Shown one piece after another: positions 21,940 through 28,341 of a stretch of 28,341 bases of DNA. The stretch spans positions 1-28,341 of the IMG/VR virus record IMGVR_UViG_3300031972_001000, one strand, 5' to 3'. Numbering within the stretch: the first letter of the stretch is position 1; each line of letters opens with the position of its first letter. The DNA is from a virus (lineage: Duplodnaviria > Caudoviricetes). The position numbers and the translations under genes are program-made. Below the pieces are notes generated by a model. It ran no database searches. It was not told the origin of the DNA and saw only the letters and a list, made by a program, of their open reading frames with translations.

Positions 21940-22283
21940 CAGTCCTCGATCGAGTCGACCAGCTCCCGCAGTTCGGGAACCTTCATGGCGTCGAGTTCGG
22001 CCTCGGTGTAGTCGCTGCCGTCCTCCTTGACCGCGTTGGCCGTGAGCCACGCGACCAGATCGGCCTTCTTGGCGTTGGCCGGCGGCTTGTCGCCATTGGC
22101 TTCGGCCTCGACCGAATCGCTGCCGCCCACGCCCTTGTCGGTGCGCTCGACCAGGCCGCTGGACACGAAGTGCTCAGCCTGCTCGTCGGACAGCCACGCG
22201 ATGACGTCGCCCTCGTAGCGGTGATGGTTCTTACCCTCCTGGTCCTTGGCGATAACGCAGGGGGCGGTCACGAGGAAGCTCAC
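21939..22283 (-). CDS. Hypothetical head-region protein with HeH/Rho-N-like C-terminus
   Basis: GTG at 22283 overlaps the capsid stop (GTGA); 114 aa; ends KKADLVAWL...MKVPELRELV. Confidence 0.7.
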   Translation of the reverse strand: MSFLVTAPCVIAKDQEGKNHHRYEGDVIAWLSDEQAEHFVSSGLVERTDKGVGGSDSVEAEANGDKPPANAKKADLVAWLTANAVKEDGSDYTEAELDAMKVPELRELVDSIED

Positions 22284-23245
22284 GAGGACACCCCGGTGAT
22301 CTTCCAGGCCGCACGGGGCTCGGTGATGACCGGCACGCAGATACGCCGGGCACGCACACGCCAACGGTCGTTGTCGTCGTCGCGGAGCGTCTTGACCTGC
22401 GTCATACCGACCGGACGCCCGCCCGGGCCGGTGGCCCGCACGTAACCCGGCGCCGGCAGCATCTCGTCGACGAACTCGCCGAGGCGGCTGGAGTCCAGCA
22501 CGAATGCCGAGCCGGTGATGGGCGCGACCGGGCTGGTGACCCACGTCAGGCCGCCGGTGCGCTTCACGTACGGGCTGTTGAGGCCCGCCTGCACCGGCGC
22601 GTTGCTGATGCCGCCCGTCTCGCGAGAGAACAGGGCCATCAGCTTCTCGTCGGACGCCACGTAGGAGAACACGTCGAGGTCGACCCAGATGGTGTCGGGC
22701 ATCAGGCCGATCTTCAGCTTCTGCAGCTGAGCCACCGCCTTGAGCACGTCGCGCAGGATGTTCGGCGTGCCCGTGTCCCACACTGCGGCCGCCGCGGTGT
22801 TCTGGGTGACCGCCGAGTTGATGGCCGAGGTCGCGATGCCGTCGATCTTGAGCACCGAGGAGTTGACCAGCTTCACCAGCGCCCGGCGCACCGGGTTGTT
22901 GCGCCGGCGGTTGACCGACTCGTCGGTGATCTCGGCGTCCTGACCCCACTTGACCGTGCTGGCCAACTGCACGGCGCCAGCGCTGATGGGCGTCAGCGGG
23001 TACTCGCCGCCGGGCTTGATCGACCGGGGCTCACGGTCGGCGTAGATGCCCTCGTCCTGCTCGTACTCGACCGAGCCAGATTCGGTGTAGGACTGGCCAG
23101 TCAGCAGCTTGTCGCTGACCAGCTGTTCCATCTCGATCGTGCGCATGGCGCGCGCGACGAGCGGGGTGTCCTTGAGGAACCGGTTGACCGAGCGGATGTC
23201 GCCGTTGTACGACGGCGGCCCCGGGGGATAGGTCTCACTTGCCAT
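22280..23245 (-). CDS. Major capsid protein
   Basis: 321 aa; I.PGGEYP, KWG...ITDE, PVITEPRAAWKITGV; follows protease and cement genes. Confidence 0.88.
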   Translation of the reverse strand: MASETYPPGPPSYNGDIRSVNRFLKDTPLVARAMRTIEMEQLVSDKLLTGQSYTESGSVEYEQDEGIYADREPRSIKPGGEYPLTPISAGAVQLASTVKWGQDAEITDESVNRRRNNPVRRALVKLVNSSVLKIDGIATSAINSAVTQNTAAAAVWDTGTPNILRDVLKAVAQLQKLKIGLMPDTIWVDLDVFSYVASDEKLMALFSRETGGISNAPVQAGLNSPYVKRTGGLTWVTSPVAPITGSAFVLDSSRLGEFVDEMLPAPGYVRATGPGGRPVGMTQVKTLRDDDNDRWRVRARRICVPVITEPRAAWKITGVSS

Positions 23246-23283
23246 TTGCGTTGTCTCGCTTTCTCTTTACCGGGCCGCCCGCG

Positions 23284-23646
23284 TCAGCGGAACGTCTTGG
23301 CGATGACCTTGTTGGAGGCGGCGTCAGCGAGTGCCACGCCGATGACCTGGCCCTCGGTGGGCGAAGATGCAGCGGCGACGGCGCCGCCAGCTGCCGTGGT
23401 GATCTGGTCACCGTCGTTGACCGTTCCTGTACTGGTGAGCTCATGAACGGCCGGGCCGATCACGACGACCTGCTCGCCGGAAGCGGCATCGGTGGCGGCG
23501 ATGCCGACGAATGCCGTCGACACACCACCCGACGGCGCGACGGTCTGCTGGCCCGACACCACCAGCGCCTGGCCGGCGGTGATCGTCGCCGACGCGGTGA
23601 GGGTGACCTCGCGGCCGGGCTTGAAGAGGGGGGTGTAGTCGGCCAT
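23284..23646 (-). CDS. Capsid cement / decoration protein (DUF2190-like)
   Basis: 120 aa; ITAGQAL..SG, VGIAATDAASGE.V, IGVAL motifs. Confidence 0.8.
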   Translation of the reverse strand: MADYTPLFKPGREVTLTASATITAGQALVVSGQQTVAPSGGVSTAFVGIAATDAASGEQVVVIGPAVHELTSTGTVNDGDQITTAAGGAVAAASSPTEGQVIGVALADAASNKVIAKTFR

Positions 23647-23647
23647 C

Positions 23648-24913
23648 TCAGAGGTCCTTTCCGTACTCGACGCCGCCAGTCACGTAGGCGAACATGTCGA
23701 CCTTGTCCTTGTCCTCGGGCGAGTTCTCGCTCGAGACCCCGTGGCCGAGTTCCTCGACCGGGAGGCGGTTTTCGGGCATGTCGTCGAGTAGCGCCTTGAC
23801 GGTCTCGGGGCTCTTGTCGAGCTCCTCGCGCCACTTTGGTGCACTCTTCGGGCTGATCTTCCCGCTGTTCAGCGCGTCAGCGATGACGCGATCGTTCGCC
23901 TCGCGCACCTGCTGCGCACGCGCCTCGGCTCCCGCCTGGGCATCGGCGAGAAGCTTGTCGCGCGCCTCGGTGTTCATCACGGCAAGGTCGAACTCTTCGG
24001 CCCACGCCTTGATGTCCTCGGCGGTCGGCTTGGCCTTGTTCGTGACGTTTACGACGGCCGGCTCCTTGTCGGCGAGCTTGTTGATCGCCTCTTCGATCGC
24101 GCTGTCGTCGGCATCGGCGTTGAGGCCGAGCTTCTGGAGCGCGCTTTCACTCAGGGCCACGGTGGGCTCCTTTCCTTTCTCGACCTCGGCCGCCGGATCG
24201 ACGGACGGGGGGTTCTGGTTGTGCGCCTCGGGCTTCCGCGGCGCTGGCGCAGCTGAGCGCCCGGCATGGTTGAACACGGACAGGTCGAGTCGGTTCTTCG
24301 CGCCCGACTTCGCCGCCGCCTTGCGCTTCGGCGTCTTGAGCACGCGGTCGGCCACCCCGGCGTCAACCGCCTCCTGGGCTGACCACCACGTCTCCTCAGT
24401 CAGCACGGCCAGCCACTCGTCGACGCTGCCGCCGGCCTTCTCGGCGAAGATCGAGGCGATGTTGTTGCCGATCTGGTCGAGACGCTCGGCGGCCTTGCGC
24501 ATGTCGTTGGCGTCACCCATGGCCATCACCCAGGGCAGGTGCGCCATCAGTTCGGCGTTCTCGGCCATGATCAGCTCGTCGGACGCGCCTACGGCGATGA
24601 AGCCGGCTGCTGACGCCGCGACACCATCCACGGTGGTGGTCACCTTGGCGTCGTGCTGACGCAGCGCGTTCATGATCGCCACGGCCTCGTAGACGTTGCC
24701 CCCGCGGCTGTGCACGTGCAGGTCGATGTTCTCCACGTCGTCGCCGAGTGCGCGCAGTTCGTTGCGGAAGCTCGTCGCGTCGACGCCGAAGAACGGAATG
24801 ATGTCGTCATAGATCTCGACCTCGGCCGTCTTGGGGTCGTCGGCCTTGTTCTGCACCGAATACCACTGGCGCGGTTCGGCGTCCTCGGTCTGGTACCAGT
24901 CGGTGACGTTCAT
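23648..24913 (-). CDS. ClpP-type capsid maturation protease fused to scaffold
   Basis: HSRGGNV, DGVAASAA (Ser), LMAH (His), ETWWSAQEAVDAG; charged helical C-terminal half. Confidence 0.9.
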   Translation of the reverse strand: MNVTDWYQTEDAEPRQWYSVQNKADDPKTAEVEIYDDIIPFFGVDATSFRNELRALGDDVENIDLHVHSRGGNVYEAVAIMNALRQHDAKVTTTVDGVAASAAGFIAVGASDELIMAENAELMAHLPWVMAMGDANDMRKAAERLDQIGNNIASIFAEKAGGSVDEWLAVLTEETWWSAQEAVDAGVADRVLKTPKRKAAAKSGAKNRLDLSVFNHAGRSAAPAPRKPEAHNQNPPSVDPAAEVEKGKEPTVALSESALQKLGLNADADDSAIEEAINKLADKEPAVVNVTNKAKPTAEDIKAWAEEFDLAVMNTEARDKLLADAQAGAEARAQQVREANDRVIADALNSGKISPKSAPKWREELDKSPETVKALLDDMPENRLPVEELGHGVSSENSPEDKDKVDMFAYVTGGVEYGKDL

Positions 24914-26319
24914 TCGAACAAGCTCCTCTGCGCGTTCTTGGGGTGTTCGCGTCGCTGTCGGGATCGCGCGGCCGCGCTTCGGGTCTGCAGACGATCCTCG
25001 GGCGCGGGGGGTTGGTTGACCGTGTCAGTTTCAGCGGCAGCGCGCGCCGTATCAGGATCCGGTGACGGCAGTCCGCTGGCTGAGCGCAAGAACGCCTCGA
25101 GCCGCTCGTCGGGTGTGAGTAGTCCGGCGTTGACGAGCATCTGCAACGCCGCAGCTGTGGCATCCTGACGAGAGCCAATCTCATCGAACACCAGTAGCGG
25201 CGCGGGTTCATCTGGGCCCCAGTTCCAGTCGATGATGTCCTCGACCACGTGCGCCTGGGTGGTGTCGCGGATGTCTTCTGCGAACGTCTGCACTGCCTGC
25301 ACGAACACGTCAGACTGCACTGAAGCCAGCGCGTAGCTGCCGCCCTTGCCCTCGAGGTTGAGGAAGTGGGCTAGTGCAACGAGGGCCATCTGGTGGTCGT
25401 GGTACTCGATCGCGCGCCGCGGATCCAGTGGGGTTCCCGACGGTGAGAGGATGGCCGCGAGCTCATCTTTGGTCAGCGCGAGGCCGGCCGACTCGCCACC
25501 GCTGTAGTTCGATGCGATGTCGAGTAGCACATCCATGCGCTCTTCATCTTCCGAGTCGGCGTCGTTGCCCCAGATCGTCATGACGCCGATGCCGTATCGC
25601 CGGATGGCGCCAGCCTCGATCCGCATTAGCTCGTCTTTGAGCTTCCAGTGCTTGAAGGCTGGACGCAGCAGGCTGTTTCCGGTCCAGACGCCGGGGTCCA
25701 TCTCGTGCGTGTAAACAGCTAGGCGGTCCACCGGGATGGGCTGACTCATCCCGTTCATGCCCATCATCAGCATGCCGGGCGCGGCGAACGTCCCAGGCGG
25801 CCACTGCTGCACGGACACTAGGCCGCCGTCGCGGTCGACATTGAAGTACGAGATCGTCGACTGCGGGCGCGGCGCCAGCTTCTTGAGGACCGCTCGCTGA
25901 CCCTGGATGTCGTAGACGGTCTCGAACACTGAGTGGCCGTATTGCAGGCACTTCAGCGCCTCACGGAGATGCTGCCTCCAGACGAACCGGCCGCGCGTGC
26001 GGTCGCTGGGGTCGTCGTCAGACGCTCCCTCGATCGGTAGGCTGAGGCTCTGCGCAACGAGTGCCGTGGCCTCGTCGCTGGCACCGTTCTGGCGGATCTT
26101 CCACGATGTGCGCCGGATGGGCAGTCCGATCGCCCGCAGTACCGAGGAGATCCGGGCATCTTCGCGCGCCATGCGGTTGTAGGTCCACACCGAGTTCGGC
26201 CAGGTCAGTTCGGGATTGACCTCAAACTCGTCGACCGGCGTGCCCCAGCCATTTAGCGTTCCGCCGGCGGGATTGACATAGCCCTTCTCGGCGCGGGGAG
26301 CGGCTGTCTTGGGTGCCAC
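24910..26319 (-). CDS. Portal protein (DUF935-like)
   Basis: 469 aa; L.YGHSVFE, KLAPRP, G.SLLRPA, GGSYAL; follows terminase. Confidence 0.9.
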   Translation of the reverse strand: MAPKTAAPRAEKGYVNPAGGTLNGWGTPVDEFEVNPELTWPNSVWTYNRMAREDARISSVLRAIGLPIRRTSWKIRQNGASDEATALVAQSLSLPIEGASDDDPSDRTRGRFVWRQHLREALKCLQYGHSVFETVYDIQGQRAVLKKLAPRPQSTISYFNVDRDGGLVSVQQWPPGTFAAPGMLMMGMNGMSQPIPVDRLAVYTHEMDPGVWTGNSLLRPAFKHWKLKDELMRIEAGAIRRYGIGVMTIWGNDADSEDEERMDVLLDIASNYSGGESAGLALTKDELAAILSPSGTPLDPRRAIEYHDHQMALVALAHFLNLEGKGGSYALASVQSDVFVQAVQTFAEDIRDTTQAHVVEDIIDWNWGPDEPAPLLVFDEIGSRQDATAAALQMLVNAGLLTPDERLEAFLRSASGLPSPDPDTARAAAETDTVNQPPAPEDRLQTRSAAARSRQRREHPKNAQRSLFE

Positions 26320-26335
26320 AGTGCTCCCTTCTGTG

Positions 26336-27922
26336 TCAGAACGCGGTTGTCATTGCGTCGAATCCGGACTTTCGGCGTCTACTCGGTGTGCCTGACGCCG
26401 GGCGGTTGCCGGTGCGGGGCGCCGCCGTCTTTCGCTTGATGGGTGTACTGAATTTCAGCAGCGCCCACCGGGCCAGTGAGGCGCCGACGAGCTGCGCGTG
26501 CGAGGCCGGATCGACGATCTCCCAGACGAACCCGCCGCCCGCCGTCGCCGGCAGTTCGCGCTTGACCGCGCTGGCCACCGCCTCGGCGAACTGGCCGCTG
26601 TGCGAGAGATTCCCGCCGAGTGCGTCGGAGAGGAACCCGCCGCACGCCTGTGCCTCTTCGGCCCGGGTGGGCAACGTCGCCTCGATGCCGACTGCCTCGA
26701 GCTCGGGCAGCACCTCGGCCGCCGCACCCCGGGCCACCACTACCGCCGAGGGATTCCACGCCGTGTAGACCTCGGCGAGCTTGGCCGCCACCACTGCGGC
26801 CGGTGCGTCCTCGGCGTACCCGACCTCGAGGTGGATCCGCCCGTCGGCCGTACGCTGCGCCGCGGTGATCGCCCAGGTCGACTCCCGGGTGAGCGTGACC
26901 ACCCGCGAGCCGGTGAGCGTCGGAAGTGGACGGTCTGGCTTCGGTCCCATGTCTCGCCACTTCTCCGCAGGGATCTCGGACTCGACCACCTCGGCGTCGG
27001 CTGGCCAGTCGCCCCAGCCGAGCACGTCGACCTCGAACGACCGGCGACCCTTTGCAGTACCGCCGAGGCCGAGCAGGAACTTGCTGATCTTGGCGTCGGT
27101 CTGGATCACCCCGAACGACGGGTTGGCCAGCCGCGCGGTCTGCGGATCCTCGCGATACCGGCGCCGCTCGGCCTCGGAGATGTCCTTGGACGGCTCGGGC
27201 GCCATGTACTCGGCGAAGTACAGGCCCTTGATCTTGCGGTGGCCGTTGCGCCGGATGCCCGCGAGCACCTGGCCGTTCTGGTGGATCTCGGCGAACACCG
27301 CCGACGAGGTGTAGATCGTCGAGGGGTTCTTGGCCGCGGTCTGCGCCAGCGTCGGGCCGGTCATCTCAGCCTCGGTCAGGTTGTACGCCTCGTCATAGAT
27401 GACCCGGTCGACCTTGTCGAGGCCCTTGCCAGTGTCGCCCGAGCGCGTGCAGAAGATCAGCTCATTGCCCGACGTCGTCGACACGATGCTCTGACCCTGC
27501 GACAGCGTCGGCGGCCGGGCCAGCATCCGCTTGAGGTCCGGCACCGCCTTGACCATCTCTGAGAACCGCAGCGCGAGCTTGCGTGCCGTTTTCCACTGCT
27601 GGGTCGAGAACACGATGTTCTCGCCGCGGACGAACAGCCCGTACAGGCAGAGCAGCAGCAAGATCTCGCTCTTGCCGTTCTGGCGCGGACAGATGATGCA
27701 CGCGTCGGGGTGGGTCCACATCCCATCCTCGTCGGTGCGCAGCAGCGCGAGGAGGTTGTCGACCTGCCAGGGCATCGGTGGCGTACCGATCCGGCTGGCC
27801 AGCGTCAGCGCGTTGCGGCCGAGCCGATCGTCGCCGTCGAACACCGACAGGTGCTCAGGCTCGCGGCGACCCTCGAGCTGCGGCCAGTCCTCACTCGAGG
27901 CCAGCGAGGACGCCATCGCCAT
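26336..27922 (-). CDS. terL: Terminase large subunit
   Basis: MPWQ adenine motif, PRQNGKS Walker A, VIYDEA Walker B, YTSSA motif III, ANPSFG. Confidence 0.92.
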   Translation of the reverse strand: MAMASSLASSEDWPQLEGRREPEHLSVFDGDDRLGRNALTLASRIGTPPMPWQVDNLLALLRTDEDGMWTHPDACIICPRQNGKSEILLLLCLYGLFVRGENIVFSTQQWKTARKLALRFSEMVKAVPDLKRMLARPPTLSQGQSIVSTTSGNELIFCTRSGDTGKGLDKVDRVIYDEAYNLTEAEMTGPTLAQTAAKNPSTIYTSSAVFAEIHQNGQVLAGIRRNGHRKIKGLYFAEYMAPEPSKDISEAERRRYREDPQTARLANPSFGVIQTDAKISKFLLGLGGTAKGRRSFEVDVLGWGDWPADAEVVESEIPAEKWRDMGPKPDRPLPTLTGSRVVTLTRESTWAITAAQRTADGRIHLEVGYAEDAPAAVVAAKLAEVYTAWNPSAVVVARGAAAEVLPELEAVGIEATLPTRAEEAQACGGFLSDALGGNLSHSGQFAEAVASAVKRELPATAGGGFVWEIVDPASHAQLVGASLARWALLKFSTPIKRKTAAPRTGNRPASGTPSRRRKSGFDAMTTAF

Positions 27923-28217
27923 TCGGGCCCGCCGGTGTCGCAGCGCGCTGGGCGGTGATCGTCGCGAGGAGCTTGCGCAACTGCTCGGCAGTCGCGCGGC
28001 GCTGACGCAGCACGTCTGTCACGACCACCTCCACTGTCTTGGCGCCCATCTTGACCTCGGTCCACGTCGCCCGGTCGTTGGACATCAGCGACGACAGGTG
28101 CTCGTACTGGTCCGCGGTATCGCCGGCCAGCTCGATGAGGAACGTCAGCGTGTACTGGTCATCGGGGCGGGCAAGCTCGGCGATGAGTCTCTGCCCCGCC
28201 GTCTGGCGCTTCGTCAT
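27891..28217 (-). CDS. terS: Terminase small subunit
   Basis: 108 aa helical protein overlapping the terL start. Confidence 0.75.
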   Translation of the reverse strand: MTKRQTAGQRLIAELARPDDQYTLTFLIELAGDTADQYEHLSSLMSNDRATWTEVKMGAKTVEVVVTDVLRQRRATAEQLRKLLATITAQRAATPAGPNGDGVLAGLE

Positions 28218-28267
28218 GGGCGGAAAGCGCTGGTCAGAGCGGCGTATGTAGCGCGAAATACGTTGTG

Positions 28268-28314
28268 GGGCAGGCGGTTTCGGTGCTTGCTAGCTAACCG
28301 CCGCCCGTTTTTTT
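28268..28314 (+). terminator. Candidate intrinsic terminator on the plus strand
   Basis: GGGC-a-GGCGGTT (28268-28279) / AACCGCCGCCC (28296-28306), followed by G and T7 (28308-28314). Confidence 0.4.
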
Positions 28315-28341
28315 CACTGTCCGTAAAAAAAAAAGCTTGAT

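Noticed and set aside
21939-22949. 336-aa ORF overlapping the capsid gene as a frameshift capsid extension
   Set aside because: The upstream portion is off-frame-like, a GTGA coupled start at 22283 explains the gene, and I saw no slippery site.

Overview
High-GC actinobacterial siphophage or prophage segment, most likely mycobacterial given LysB and a PE-PPE-type hydrolase. Nearly the whole window is one minus-strand late operon read right to left: terminase small/large, portal, ClpP-type protease-scaffold, capsid cement, major capsid, head-tail genes, major tail, tail assembly chaperones, tape measure with Rpf-like and M15-like domains, minor tail/tip genes, SGNH and cutinase-like hydrolases, then LysA, LysB, holin and two further membrane proteins. 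No integrase, RNA gene or CRISPR array is visible. Two things stand out. (1) The hub/Gp37-like tail gene is interrupted by a 52-nt segment flanked by matched AAG codons and folded into a perfect 20-bp hairpin, a candidate translational bypass or excisable element. (2) The only plus-strand gene is a lipoprotein SGNH esterase homologous to the adjacent, convergent tail-cluster SGNH protein, a candidate receptor-modifying superinfection-exclusion pair. Product names come from motif recognition and gene order; no database search was run.
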